Below are positions 24,801 through 39,800 of a stretch of 64,000 nt of DNA, one piece after another. A program made the position numbers and the translations under genes. The stretch lies in NCBI RefSeq assembly GCF_000315625.1, contig NW_005434651.1, forward strand, positions 251,051 to 315,050, written 5' to 3'. Under the pieces are notes generated by a model that did no database searches, was not told the DNA's origin, and saw only the letters and a list, made by a program, of their open reading frames with translations. The first letter of the stretch is position 1, and each line of letters begins with the position of its first letter. Origin of the DNA: Guillardia theta CCMP2712 (lineage: Eukaryota > Protista > Cryptophyta).

Positions 24801-27800
24801 CCGCACGACGAATTGTTTAGGCTTACTGTCCTACAGCCTCAATTCATCAAAGGACTGGAGGCATTTGGTGTTTCATGGAAAGTTTCCATCAGTTTTGGTG
24901 GTGGGTCACTTCAGATGTTCCGAAATTTTCCTGTATTGGACAGCAACGGCCTCCTGACTGTAGACACGATTGCATTCCTGAATGGAGACTCTAAATGGAT
25001 TGTCCAGATCTCGGCTGATCAGCATAATTACACCACGACGCTATTTGAATTGGATATCCACGTCGTTCCAGTCAATGATGCCCCTGCATTTGATATGCCA
25101 TCCTCGGTCTCCATACTTGAGGACTCTGGTCTTACTCAAATCTCACACTTTGCCACCAATATCAGTGCTGGACCTCTCAATGAGCAGTGGCAGCAGGTAT
25201 ATTTCGTGATGTCTCCTTGGAAGTTCAGTGATGCTTCACACTTCAAACTTGTGCCAATGTTGTTTTCTAACGGTACTCTGCAATTATGGCCAGCCGATGA
25301 TTACTCTGGTGACACAATATGGAATGTTTCGTTGATGGACAATGGTGGAACTGACAATGGTGGACAAAACATTTCACTTCCCCGGTTGTTGACTGTACTC
25401 GTTCTTTCGGTGAATGACATGCCTTACTTTAGCATTCAACCCGTCCTAGTCATTCCATCTAACTCCAATTACATGACAATGGCACGTGTGGTGTTCAATA
25501 TCAGCTCCGGAGCACTCAACGAGGCGGATCAGACGCTGAGCTTCGACCTTGTGTCTGCTTCAAGGTGGGATAACCTTTCTCTGACGCTGACTCCCAATGG
25601 AACCCTCATTCTACAGAACTTCAAGGGTCTTGATGCCAAGGTGGTTGTGTTGGTGACCTTGACTGACGATGGTCTGATGGCTGCAAACGACTCTCTGACA
25701 TCACAACCGCGAAACTTGACGATTTACTTCGTGGCATCACCGCCGCCACCGTCTACCTTGATGTCATACAAGAAAGACTTCGCCATTGTCGAAGTGGTGT
25801 GGACTCATGGATGGATTGAAGACAGCTATAGTGGAATTTCGAACCAATTCAATTTTTCTTTTGTTGTCACCATTGTAGAGTGTAAAACAGATGCTTGTGT
25901 GCCTTCAGAGCTTTCCGTCAGTCCTAGGGATTGCTCGAACGGATCTTGTATTATAGATTTAAGGCTGACAAGCTGGAAGAGCTTTTACAGCGTTTCAGTT
26001 CAAGCAAAGAACCTCGTTGGATCCAGTTCTCCGCAGTCAGTCAAGTTTGCGGGCACTTTTGCGATTGATGTATCTTTACCTTTCATTAGCTCTCTTCAGT
26101 TCAACTTCAGCTCAACAGCATCCGAATCAATTCTTCTTGTGCACCTTCTTCCCCCTGAAAGCAACAACAGCGGATCACAGCACATCACTGAATATGAATT
26201 CGAACTTTGCCGTGCAATTGCAGACGTGAATGAGTCAGATTGCGTCTCCTTCACTGAAATCAATCCACACAGTGAGACTCAAACCTCGGACTACACCTTC
26301 ACTTTCCTTATCTCGTGGTTGAACTATAGAGAGTCTGAATTCTTCGTGAAAAATTCATCTCGTAAAATTTTGCTCATCAGAGGGCAGAACGTGTCCATCA
26401 GAGCAAGGGCGATTTACAGGTGTGTAATACTTGTCTTTTCCTTGCATGAATGTTGTTTTTTCACTTTTACTTAGAATCTTGTTTTGATTTTGTTTGGCAG
26501 CATTATCATAGGGCCATGGTCATTTCCATACAACTTTCGAGTTGCGGGGAAGCCCAATTCTACCATTGGATTGTCAACGAGAGAGACTGATGCCGTTCAT
26601 GTCCTATTGACATGGAGTCTTCCTGCTGACACTGGGTATGGAGATGAGGCAATGCCGCTGACCTGTTTTCAGATCACAGCAGCTACTTGTGCAGACATGA
26701 GCGAGCGATGTGTGGTGTGGAGAAAGTGTCTGGATCTGCAGTTTCTTTTGACCGCTGATGGTCAATTCCAGTACTCCTTTACAAATACTTCGTTGAAGAA
26801 CCCAGGAACTTACTTCTTCATGGTGTGCCCAGTAAATGAGCTCGGCCCTGCGGTTGATTGCGAGACGTCGAAGTCGGACTTTAACATCCTGCCAGTTATC
26901 TTTTCACCGTCATCTGTCCCAGTCTACTTCATTCTGCGTAATTCAACCACAAGGACTTTTGATGTGTGGTCAGGAGATCAGGTGACAAAGGACTTGAGTT
27001 TGATACTGACAAGCTTGCCACTCCAACTGTCTTGGGAGGAATTGGCTATCTCTCTTGTCATCCCCAACCTGACAATCTCACTTAATGCCACGGACTGGGC
27101 ATTTGACCTGAGATCTGCTTTTTTCACCATCCACCTTAGTCGAATCCTTGGCAGTCAAGTTTTGTTCTCAGCATTCGCAAACTCGGTGAAGGGAAACTTG
27201 CAAGTATCTATTAAGCAGAATCCATGGAAAAGAGTGGCTTTACCCATTGAGATCAATACAGGGTACCCCCAGATCGTCTTTGAAAGCATCAGTCCGTCTT
27301 CGGGAGAGATGGCGGGAGGTTATTTTGTGAATATCCAGTTGAGGGATTTTCTGGGGCCAAGGACCAGGTATTCTGCTGGACTGTACAATCTGTACACCGC
27401 AAGCATCTCAACAATCCAAGTTTTCTTTCGATCGGATGGTGTGTATAGGCAATCTCAATACTTCACTCTCACTAAACAGACCGCGGGAACTTCCAACTCT
27501 TATGATTTGTTCGTACTCTCCATTTTTGTGCCTGTGGCTGCTAAAGAGGGAGTTGCCGACATCGTGATGTACATATCAGGAAACCTTGCTGTCGCAAGTG
27601 ACATTTCTTTCCTGTTCGTTGGCATGAGCATAGTATCTGTCTCACCAAACTCCGGCATGATTAACCCTGGATCTGCCGGTCAGTCAATAAGCATGGTCAT
27701 CAACGGTGCCACAAGTGCAATCTCTCTCAACATTTCCCTCGCAGGTGTAAACTGTAAAGTCAACGGCTGGGTGATCCTTGGAACAAAGGTCTCTATTGAC

Positions 27801-30800
27801 GTCCTTCTCCCTGAATTGCCCACGTCAAAAGCTGGAGACTTGGAGTTAGTGGTCAAATACCCAGGAGGAAAGCTAAATAGTACCTGGAACTACATTCTTC
27901 CTCCTTCACCTTACATCGTGTACTCCTCCTTTGCCATCGATGGTGTCTCGAAGTTTTGGCTACAAACCGGAAAGTCTCACGTGATTTCGTTCCAAATCAA
28001 GAACCTCAGACCGAAGTATGGGTGGTCCTTTGACAATCTCCAACTCATTGTAGAGAGGGAGTACAATTGCACGTTTCAGAACGTTGGGGATTCGGTCCTT
28101 GTGAATTTCGCGATCGAAGCTTTGCAGGCAGGCGACAGGATCCCTTTGAGTGTAGTTGTGTTCTATCAGTCAGAAAGGGTTGGGGAGGTAACGACCTCAG
28201 ACTTTCCATCCGGTCAAAGCAAAGTCCTACTAGAATTCCGACAAGGATTCACCCCTGCCGTCGTAGACTACTTGCCGAGTGAAGGTCCTTCTCGAGGAGG
28301 AACTTTCGTCGTCATGGGAATCACAAAGATTGGAGCGTTCACTTCGCAAGGATATCAGATTCTTCCGGAAGTCAGGGTTGGCTCTGATTCTGTTCCCGTC
28401 ACGAGTTTCTGGTTGATCCCTCTTCAAAGCTGGATCAATCAAGACAGCACCTACAACCAGATCATGGTCTCATCTAATGTTTGGAACAACATGACCAACA
28501 CGACTCGGACCCTGTTTTCGAAGTACAAGAACGTTATCACGACCTCGGAACAATACGTCCAGAATGAACTCATGACGGATGCTTCTGTCATGAAAGATTA
28601 TATGATAATGGTCCTCAAGACACCACAACTGAACGTGACCAAACAAACGCGCGCTTTGATTACAATATCTTTTGGAAACAATTTCAATTTTAGCATCTCT
28701 GCAAACTTCACATACGTGCCTGACAACTTGAATGACCCGATCAAGGTCAACAGCATATCCACAGACTCAAACTCGCTCAGTTGCAGTTTGGAAGGAGGAT
28801 GTACTGTACGAGCAAGCTTGTCGAACTTTCCTATCGTTTACACTGTGAGGTTACGATCTATCTCTTGCTTGCTTATTAACGAGAACTCAGGTGAAAGACT
28901 TGGTCGTGCAGATGGACGTCCGAATTTGGCCCCTGTTGATCCTGTCGGATTCTTCGGAAACTCAGATTGAGTTTCAGGTACGGATCATCATTTAGATTTT
29001 AATCGTAATGCTACATGCACAGGTCCCACAAGCATCCAAAGAAGGAGTCACTTCGATCATTATCAGATCATCTTTCTCTTCTCAGAACGCTGTGGCGATC
29101 CCTTTCACTTACATCGATACGAACAAGCCCGAGATCTCCTATACAAGCCCAACATGGAGTTACTCTGATGGCGGGCAGATGGTCACAATTTTCCTGAGCA
29201 AACTTCCGTCGTCTATCCCTCAAAACGAGTTCTACGTGAACGTGCAGGGCAGCTTGAATAGCGTCTTGTTGAACTACAGCAGCTTTACTGTTGGATCAGT
29301 TGGCTCGATCGTAGGGAAAATCACCTTTATATTACCAGCATGTCAACCTGGACCAGTCAGCGTTTCTGTAAAGGCGGCTCAGAAGGTTTCGAATTCTTTA
29401 GTTCTGCAATGCCAAGCAATCCCGACGACTCCGCCTCTTGTCGACTCATTCAAACGAGAAAATCAATGTACGAAGCAAGAAATCGTCCAAGTAAAACTCA
29501 AGAATTTTAGGGTTGTGAGTGGTCCAAGCGAAGTTGCGTTATCGTTTGCTCAGAACACTAACGTCAGTGCCAGCACAATCCCAAATTTCATGGTCATGTC
29601 AGACTTGTCGAATACTTTCATGCAGTTTCCATATGACGCTACACAATATAGTTCAGGAAACGTGAAGGTCTGGGCAACTAGACAGCCGAACTTCATGATC
29701 GCTTTGAGCACACCATGCGTTGTACAACAAGCAATCACGCTGAGCTACGTCATTCCTTCCTGGGTTTATTCGGCTCGATCCACCAAGATGATGGCGGCCA
29801 TCAATGATTATGGTATCTACACCAACATCACACAGATCAAAGTGTTGTCCACCCTAAACGCAACCACATCTTCAGTGGTTTTCAACCGAGTCATCTCTGG
29901 TGGGGAGAATCTTTTGATGGTGAATTTCATCCTCATCGCAAATTTGGCTCAAGAGCACAATCTGACAGTGATTGGTTGCAACCTCGGGGTTTGTAACAAG
30001 AAGATTCTAGAGTTTCAAGTTTCAGTGCGGACAGACTTGAACCCAGTAGTGAGCAATTTTAATCCTCAATCGTGCAGATTTTATGGAGGAACTGAAATGG
30101 CCATCGAAGTCGACAACTTGGATCAGAACATCACCTCCGTCCTTGTTGACTTTGGGAAGAATGTTTCGGCAAAATCGATTCAAGTCCTTGACAAGAGCAC
30201 AAAGAAGAGTTTAGTGAAAGTTGATATTCCTTCAACTAATTATCCCAAAACAATTCTACTGTCTCTTTTCATCTTGTCACCTATCAAGCAGTGGAAGATA
30301 GCTTTCCCGACTCAGTTTGAGTACGCTGTTGCACCATTGCCCGCGATCCTCAAATTGTTCCCGACAGAAGCATATGTGGAAACTTCTTCAAACATCAGGG
30401 TGCTTATTCAGAATTTTCCTCCTGTCTCTTCGCCCTCGGACTTCGTCATACAATTTCTGATGAATGACGGCACAATGTTGAGTACTGCGGTGCAGCGATT
30501 GGAACTGAAGGCTCAAGCCACTTCTGACCTGCCAAACGTGCAAATAGACTTCCAGTCGCCAAATCAGAATCAAGCACAAACAGGTTTGGCAAACATGAAG
30601 GTGAAACATGCTCTCTATTCAAACAGGCAAGTGCATCGTTATTGACCAGTTTATGTTTTTGACTTGAGTGCCACAGTTTTGTCTCTTCTCCGTTCAGCTT
30701 TGTGGCTTTGTCTGAACCCAAGATTGTTAAGATTGAGTTGTTGGATTCTTCACCTGTATTGTCGTCAAGAGCCATGGGAGGGTTGAACGTCCCCATGTCA

Positions 30801-33800
30801 AAAGCAAGCCAGGTACATCAATCATCAACCAGATTGCTGTTTGTTTACTTGTTGATTCCTAGATACGAATCGTCGCAGAGAACGTGGTCGCATCCGCTCA
30901 GTACTCCGCAAAGGTGCGTTTGGACTGCAAAAGAGTAATTGAAATTGACGTCTTGGCAGGTTTTTTTGCAGGATAGTCTTGTTACGATTGTACATTCTTC
31001 CGTAGACCAAATTGCAAATTCTGGAGCTTTCATCATCATTGTGCCGCCAAGTGACTCGGCATCATCGGTGTTGGGGTTTGTCTCTACGACAGGCTTGCCA
31101 ACTAGTCAGTCATGTTCGACTTCATGTTGTTCGAGGCAGAGCTGCTTGCAGGAATGCGGCTCTGGATTCGTCTGCTTCTCACTTTCTTACTACGACGATA
31201 TCCAGCCGACAGTCGAGATTTTGACCGATGCTCAGGGTCCAGATGTTGGCGGTGACTTCGTAGACGTCATTGTATATCGCTATCCTACAATTGGCAGCGC
31301 AAATGATGTTTCGGTGACTTTCACTGACAGCTCCGGGCAAATCTTTGCTTTCGGCACCGTCTTCCTGTTGTACTCCAACGATCAAGAGACGAAGTTGTCG
31401 ATCAAGACCCCAGCAGTGAATCTGAATGGGCTCGCTTCCAACGTCTTTGACGTCTCCATCTTGGGACCGGTTGACCTCACCCTTCAATACACTTACGTCG
31501 CTACTTCACCCTTGGTCGTGTCAGGATCTGTACTTCCATCCCAAGGAAAGTCTAGCGGAGGAGTAGAAGTGTATCTTCAGATCATGTACTTCCCGTTTCC
31601 ATCTCAGGTTTCAGTCAGTTTTGCAGGAAACCTCCTCGACGACACAGCTGTGACAGTGGATGCTTCATCCACGCCTGTCAAGACTGTGCTCAGCTTCGTC
31701 ACTCCACAGACACAGCCGGGAAGTGTTCTAGTCACAGTGTTTCCTAGCACATGCCCTCTGCCGTGCGTGGATGCCGTGACATTTGACTTCAATCAAATCA
31801 GCGAAGCGCAAGTAGCTCTCGTTCCCCCGGTGCCTGTCTCATGCCCGAACAAAAACTCGTTGGTTCCTCCAATCATCTTGGGCAACTTTCCAAGCGGATA
31901 TGATGTAGCGAGCATGACTGTGACTGTGATCGATGGAGGCGGCACGAGGTTTCCTTCATCAGTTTCTTCAACGCAGCGGATTGATGCAGCAAGCGTTCAG
32001 ATCTCTGTGACCTTGCCTCAGAATTTGATGCCTGGACAACACACGGTCGAGCTGCAGTTTCAACCTGTTTCTGCAGTCATCTTGACCTTTACCATTGACA
32101 TTTACGACCCGGTGAGATGTCTAGAGCTCCCAGGCTCTTCTTCCTCTGACTTTGTTTTCGCAGACTTCTGTCCGCTTGCTCGGCATCGATCCAGTTGCAT
32201 TGCCGACCTCCTTCTTCCTATGGGGAAGAGCTGTCGCAGTCGATGTCTTGGTTTCGGTGCTGTGCGCCAACTGCCCTCAGGGGCTGAAGACTACTGACGT
32301 AACGGCCATGTATGACGGCAATATGGTCAGCCTGCTTTCGATCCGAGATGTCTCCTCGTGTTCTCCGTCTGCTATCGACTGCAATCGAACTTCCTTCCAA
32401 GTCCAGCTCAGCTCTGGTCTCACCGCAGGGTCAAAGTCCCTCATCATCACTAGCAACCTGGCCAAGTTCCAGTTGACCACGGCGATCTCGTCGCAAGAGT
32501 CCTGCAATTGGGACTCGTACTGCAACTCGTTCGCGTTGACCAGCGACGCTCTCTCTCTGCTAGATAGACCGATATCGGGTGAGCTTGTTCCTGCCCTGAC
32601 CTTGTGCTCTTACTCACAGACTTGAGTAGGTCAGACATGTAGCTTGCAATTCTGCATCGCGTCGCATGACATTCCGGACTTGAGCATACTCTCCGCCTCG
32701 CCGTCTTCAGGACCAGAAGCTGGAGGAACCTCTGTGAAGATTCAGCTGCAGTCCCTCAACGCGATGGATACATCAGACATCTTCGTGACATGCAACAATC
32801 AATTCATCAGCGTAGACAGGCTGGACTACAGCAACAAGGTCATCTACATATCGACACCGTCATATGACGGCAGCAAGAGGTCAGTAGTGATCACGGTCAA
32901 GTCAACAGGAGGAGCTGTAAGGTCTGCATCCTTTACCTTCACTTATGTCGGGAGTGGACCGCTGACGGTGCTGTCTGTGTCTGCTCGTGAGGTAGCACGT
33001 TCCATGGATCTCGATGTCCTCGTCTCGTTGAAGAACTTCCCCAAGCTTGACTTTCCCTTCAACAAGTCGAGGGTTTCGTTCGTCTTGCAGGACTTCGACG
33101 TGAGAATCATCGCGAGCTCGATCGTCAGCTCCACTTCTGATGGCACTGTGGCAGCCCTGAAAGTGTCTCCCATTCAAAACGGTCAATGGCCGATGGGATA
33201 CTTGCAAGTGAGGGTGTTTGAGACTTCAAGTGCTGGTCAGAACGAAGCAACTTTCAAAGTTCTGGTTATCGATGATCCTACCCCAACCGTCAGCTCCATC
33301 TCTCCTGAAGAGATAGATTGCTCAGTCTCAAATAATTTCGTTCTTGGTATCAAAAATCTCCCTCCGCTTGTGCGATCGACGGACCTCATTGTGTATGTGG
33401 ATCAATACCCGATGACGGTCAATCTGTTCCAGTCGCAAGGCCTCGTTGCAACCGTGAAATTGGGTCTCAGCGCAATCCCGTCCTGTAAGATTGGAAACAA
33501 CATCCTGAGCATACGTTCCCTTACCGACAGTCGAATCAACATCAACACAACTGTTGCGTTCAAGGCGAACACATCTTCCAAGCTTCTTCTGTATCAGCCA
33601 ACATCTTTCTACCTGGGGCAAAGTCGAGATGTGGAGATCTATCTCGACAACTTTCCCTCGGCTGCATGTGTTGACTGCGTGCAAGAAGCTTACCAGTCCT
33701 TGTTTGTCTGTGACGGGAAAAACGGAACGTTGAAAAGCGTGAGGGTGTCTCAAGGAAAGACTATCATTGTTGCCACTCTTCCCTTGTTCAAGTTTCCTGG

Positions 33801-36800
33801 GACAATCAGCTGTTCGCTCTCCTCATCAACGGTAGGCTGATGAAAACTCTCTCCATGGTTTTTCTTGCCTTTGACTTTTCTTTGCAGAATTCGGTTGCCT
33901 TCCAGGTCAGCTTGGTCCCGCCCAGCGTTACCATCTCCCCTATCGATGGACCTCAGAGTGGAGGGTCGCAGATCACCGTCGTTGCCGTTGGGTTTGACGC
34001 AACACTTCCAGAGCAGCTTGCCATTACAGTGGGGGGCTCAACAGCTAATATTGTGAGCGTACAGCCCACGTTCTACCAGCAGGTGTTTCCTGCTGTTAGA
34101 GTTGTTGCTGTTGCTCCTACTGCCCCCAACGTCGGAGTAGTCAGTTGCTCCATCTCCTCTATCTCCGCACTTTCTCAGCAGTCCTTCACTTTCCAGTACT
34201 TTCAGCTTCCTTCCATTGATTGGGTTCGTCCTAACGTGGCTACTGTGAACGGCAAAACCAAATCAGCCGATGGCCGGAGTGCAAGGTTCAAACTTTCAAA
34301 CTTTCCACCTCTGAATGGACCCGAAGACCTGGTGGTTCTGTTTGACGGCATGGAGTGTATCAGCACCTCCTGCTACGTTGCGGACATTCAAAGCGCGTCG
34401 GATCACTACATAGTTACCGTGCGAGTGCCGCCGAGGTCAAGCGGAGACAAGGTTGTGTCTTTCGCCTTCCGAAACTCCTTGCAATCCTCAGCCATCCGAT
34501 CTAACAGAGTTGCAACCACAACATTCCAGTACGTCAAACCATCACCAGCCATTTCATCCATACTTTGGTGTGCTGTCTGTAACACTGGCGACGCTTGCAT
34601 GCTGTATCGTCGATGCGGCGACTCTTCCTCCCCTCTCGTGTCAGAAGCAGACTCGAACGGGAAGGGCGTCGTCACGTTTGTGGTTGACAATCAAGAGTTT
34701 GCCTCGGGGGCGTCAGCGTCGGCTTCTTTGAACAACGTGGCGTACCTGCAGTTTCAACGGGTCGCTTTCGCCGCATCGGATGGCTCGCGTTTGGAGCTCG
34801 AGTTCAAGATGCCCAAGTTGAGCATGTCAGGACAGCTTTCGGGTGAACTGACGTTGAACAATCTCGGCTTGACCGTCAACATTCCGTTCCAAATCAAGCT
34901 CTTCAACAGTCAGATCTTGATCTCCTGCTACGAGGACGTCTACTCCATTTGTGCTGGCAGTTACACAGGCCCAGGGCCCGTCAAGGTCCGATTGACAAAC
35001 TTCCCGTATTCCCAAGGAGGACTCAGTTTCGTCGATTCGATCGTCGTCACTTTCGGCTACGTGCAGGTATGCACGTTGTGGCTGACCACATAGACTCTGA
35101 CAGGCGTCTTGCAGGCAACTTCACTCCGCCTCTTGAGCTTCAACATGACAGACGCAGTGTTGGAGGTTCAACCCCCGACATGCTCCAACTGCCCCTTTTC
35201 CAACGGAAGGAGCTCGGTGGACCTGTCAGTTGCTCTCCGAGCTGATTCTTCGACCAAAGCCACGACGACCTACAGCTACTGGAAGGCGCCAGAGGTCACA
35301 AGCGCCTCGTTCGATTCCAAGGGGATATCGATATCCGTCTTATTCGATCAGGTCTGTGCTGAGTTGGAATGACTGAAGAGTGTTGACGCATCTCCGCAGG
35401 CTGTGAGGGTGGTAGACGCCAGTGGCAGCAGCTCTTGCCCTCTGCTCGACGAGACCATGAGATCTCTTGGAGGCAGCGCTCAATGCTCGTGGACGACTTC
35501 AAGTCAGCTGCAGATCAGTCTCGACAGCACAGCTTCTGTTGTCCCAGGCTCGGTCTTGAGGTTTCAGGACGGAGCTCTCGCGCCGATTTACGAATTCGAA
35601 TCCAACAGGCTCTTGTCCTCGACTGTGAAGGCTCCAGCATTTCCAGTTGCGCTCTCCGTCTCCCTCAAAGGTCCTTCCACCGTCGACGCCTGCTCACCTT
35701 TGCAGCTGCAAGCCGAGGCTTCAAGTCAGCGGCCTGTGCTCTTCAGCTGGGACTGCAGCAACGACGATGCGCTCAAGTCTGCCATCTCGGGAGTTACGAG
35801 CAGTAACCTGACGTTCACGGCCGGAACTCCAGAGCTGCAAGTGTTCGACAAGACCTACGTATTGTCGGTAACCGCCACTGACTTCTTGGGAACCGTTTCA
35901 AAACCCGTCACGCTGAGGGTATTGAAGCGACGAGCTCCGTCTCCCGTCATCTCTTTCTCACCGCCCTACATCTCCACCACTCAGAATGCAGATGTCAAGG
36001 TCTTGGCTGAGATTCAGTTCTCCTCCTGCCCGGTAGAGCAGTCTGGCTTTCAATTTGCGTGGGGTCAGACGGCAGGGCCGTCAGTTGATCCCCAATACTT
36101 CAACTCATCTCTGCCCCAGCTCTACATCCCTGCTGGAGTGCTTAAAGCCGGCAGCTCTTACGTCTTCGAGTTCACAGCGAGCATGACGGTAGATGCCTCT
36201 AGAACTGCCAAGGGCTCCATCACTGTCGACGTTCGCAACCAGCAGCTCGTCGCTCTCATCTCGGGAGGCTCGCACATCCAGTCGTCATCCCTTCGCAACT
36301 TGGTCTTGGACGCGTCGTCGTCACGAGATCCTGATCAGAGCTCTACAGCAGCTTCTGGCCTCGTCTTCTCCTGGACTTGCTCGGTTTGGGATGGTTTCTC
36401 CGCGCAAGGCTGCAGAGATTCGAACAACAACGTGCTCAGCCTCCCCTCGTCCTCCATCGTCACCATCGCGCCTGGCACGTTGCCGGTGCTGGCGGGCATG
36501 GAGTACATCTTCAACGTCACAGTGAGCCTGCCCAACCGCATCCCCACGTCCTTCTCGATGCCAGTCACCCTCTACGAGGAGCCCATCCCCACCGCCAGCA
36601 TCGACTTCCAGGGAGGCACCAGAGGAGCCGATGGCTCTCTTTATGTCGCCAGCGTGGGACGAAAGCTCTTCTCGGGCGCCTGCGACCCGGCATCCTCCTC
36701 CTACCAGTGGGCCATGATGGCGGATTCAGTCAGCGTGCCCATAGGCAACGACACGTCCAACTTCCCGATGGGAGCTCAGGGACCGACGTTCATCGTTGCC

Positions 36801-39800
36801 TCCGACTACTTCCTTCCCGCAGTCTCTTACAGCCTCTCGCTCACTTGCTCGGCCAACGGCTTCGTGGGCCGCGCGTTCCTGTCCATGTCGGTCCTGCAGC
36901 CTCCGTATGGTGGGGCCTGTGAGGTGTGCGTGTATGATGACGCGGCAGGAGCTTGTCAGGCGGGCTCAGCAGGAACCGTCTCCTTCTCTCCATTTGAAAC
37001 CGTCAGGTTCTACTGCAGCGGATGGGCGAGCAGCAACGAACCTCTGCAGTATCGCTTCGGGGTTTCTTACAACGAGGGGACAGAAACCGACTGGCAGGCT
37101 TACTCCACCGCCTCCTACAACGACATCCCATGCATCAAGGCGGGAACGATGTTGCTGCTGGTGCAGCTGAAAGACGCCCTGGGCTCCGAGAACAGCATGG
37201 TAAGAGCGCCAGGCAGGATAGGATCCGTCACCAGCTGGAAGAGAGTCCGTGTGTCGAATGGAAGGGAAAGAGGAAGAAGGTTGTTGTCCAACCAGACGGG
37301 CCTGGACTGGACGAAGCTGGGAGGCATGATCACCTCAGCCATTCGACGAGGCCAGTGGGACGAGAGCTCACTGCTCATCGGAGCTGGTTCGGAACAAGCC
37401 TCGTTGGAGTTGGACTCAGGGATCCTTGACTACAGCTCGTGGCTCAAGTCCACGGAGACTCTGATCTCCAGCCTAGTCAGCGCAGCCAACATTGCCTTCT
37501 TTGACCCTGCGACTGCTTGCCAAGCTTTGAACATCGGAAAGAACCTTCTGAAACAAATCCCTTCCCTATCTTCGGAAGACATCACCAAAGTTACCTCACT
37601 AGTCAAGACGATGATCGACTCCAAGACCCTGTTCTCAGTCAAAACCCAGTTCGTCTGCGGTGAATCAGCTCTGTCGCTCTACTCGTCGCTCTTTCAGATC
37701 TTACAGGCGCAGGCTGCCAATCAGACGTGGGTGGCCGCGTCGGTCATGAATAGCTTTGAGCAAGCGATGTACAAGCTCATGAAGTTGCAGTCAGCCTCGT
37801 TGTGGCCCGGAGAATCTCCCATCACCATCTCCACCAACACCTCCCAGTACAAGATCACCAGGATGTACGCCAAGAACGTCGACAAATTCGCTTCCACCGT
37901 CGGCCTTACAGGGGAGTTCGCGTTTCCCGATAACCTCCAGCAGAGCCTCCAGCTAGGAGACAACGTGGTCATTGATGTGCATAGCGACGTGATGAGCAAT
38001 GCTGTAGACATGGAGCCCTGGCGGCCGGTGTCGCCGCTGGTTTCTCTTTCCCTCTCCCTCTCGCAGGACCTGGTCCCCTTGAAGGTCAGGAACCTGAGTG
38101 CTCCCATCCTCTTCGACCTCCCCGTCCTCACGGCGAGCGATAGCTACCTCTGCGTATACTGGAACGGCAGCGGGTACTCAGGGATCGGCTGTCGGGTGGA
38201 GCGAGTCAACGTTGGGACGGTGACTTGCGCTTGCAACCACCTGACCTCCTTCACGCTGCTGCCGCCTGTCGAGCTTCAACCCTTGTCCCCTCTCTCCTCC
38301 GTGCCGACCCCGACCTTCACTGTCACTCAGGAGTCCAACGGCGACTCCCAGTACGTCGGTTACGTCGCCGTTAGGATCCGCTGCAATGCATCGCAAGCCT
38401 ACATCAACTGGACAGTTGACTCGGTAACTCCAACGTGTCTCGTGCAGACATCACTCAACTCCACCTGGTCGTCGGCGCTCCCAACGCAGCTTGCTGACGT
38501 CACCGTGTACATCACGACCAACACGACTCTCAAGGCAGTCGCCTGCATCGATGGGCATGCCAGCGAGTTTGCCGAGCAGTCCTTCCACGTTCTCCCAACC
38601 ACGGAGCTGCTGCTGCGCCTGAGCTTCTCTGGCGTCTCGACCACTCAGCTCACAGATGCTGTGCTGAACCAGCTCAAAATTTTGATAGCGAAAGACCTTG
38701 GAATGCCCTCCTCGTTGTTGACCTTGAAGGACATGGCGACGGCATGGGTTCGAGCTCTGCACAACTACAAGCGAAGTCTGCACGCTGTCGTCGTCTTGGA
38801 GTGGGCAGTGATTCCTCTTTCTCCTCAGTTCGCGGTTTCCTTCCAGCAGCTGGTGGAGGGTGTGGGAGCCTCTGGCTTCAGCTCCATCTTTCAGCAGGTC
38901 GGCATCCAGGTCTCCGTGGTCAAGTTGGAAGTCGGGAAGCAAGGGAACATGACAGAGGTGCAGCTTTCTCCTGTCAGCACTACTCCGATAGCAGGAGCAG
39001 GAGCAGGAGCAGGGGGAGCAGGAGCAGGGGGAGCAGGAGCAGCAGGAGCAGGAGCAGGAGGAGCAGCATCGACACCGCCAGGGGTGGACAAGACAGCAGT
39101 GCCGTCGGGGAGCAGCTCGTCTTCGAATGAGAGCACCATGTGGATCGTGATCTACACGTGCAGCGCTGTGACCCTCTTCGCCGTGCTCTTGGCCTTGAAG
39201 AGGTACAGGAGGTACGTGCGAGACAAGAACAAGTCCAAAGTCGCCCCAACTGAGGACTCCTCGACCCCTGCCGATGCTCCTTCCGAGACTCAAAGGGACG
39301 AGGACACGACGGCAGCGATGGAGGAGGATGAAGACATGCCCGAGATCCTCGTGACTCGAGCTGGTAGCTCTGGTTTCACGGCGAACGTGCTGGTGCAGCA
39401 GCTGTCGGAGGAGGGAGGAGGGGAGGGAGGAAGAGGAGAAGAGCAGGAGGGAGCAGCAGCTTCACACCATGGAGTGGTTGACGCGAGCGGCAGACAGAGG
39501 AGGAAGTCAAAGATAGCAGGGCGGTACAAGACGAACATCAGGAAGATCTTAGAGGTGAGTTGCGTCAACGCACTTGCGAGATGTCAGCTGACTGATGCTC
39601 TTGCAGGAGATCAAAGACGGCAACAAGGTAGAGCCTGAAGAAGCAGCTGGGGGTGAGGTGGACTTGCTGTCCAGCTACTCTCTCCCTCAGGTGGACGAGG
39701 AGGTTGCAGACAAACAGACGCAGGAGGCGGAGGAGAAGCTGACGCCTATCGCTTCTGCTTGGACCGAAATCGCAGAGAGCAACAAAGATGATGACGCGAC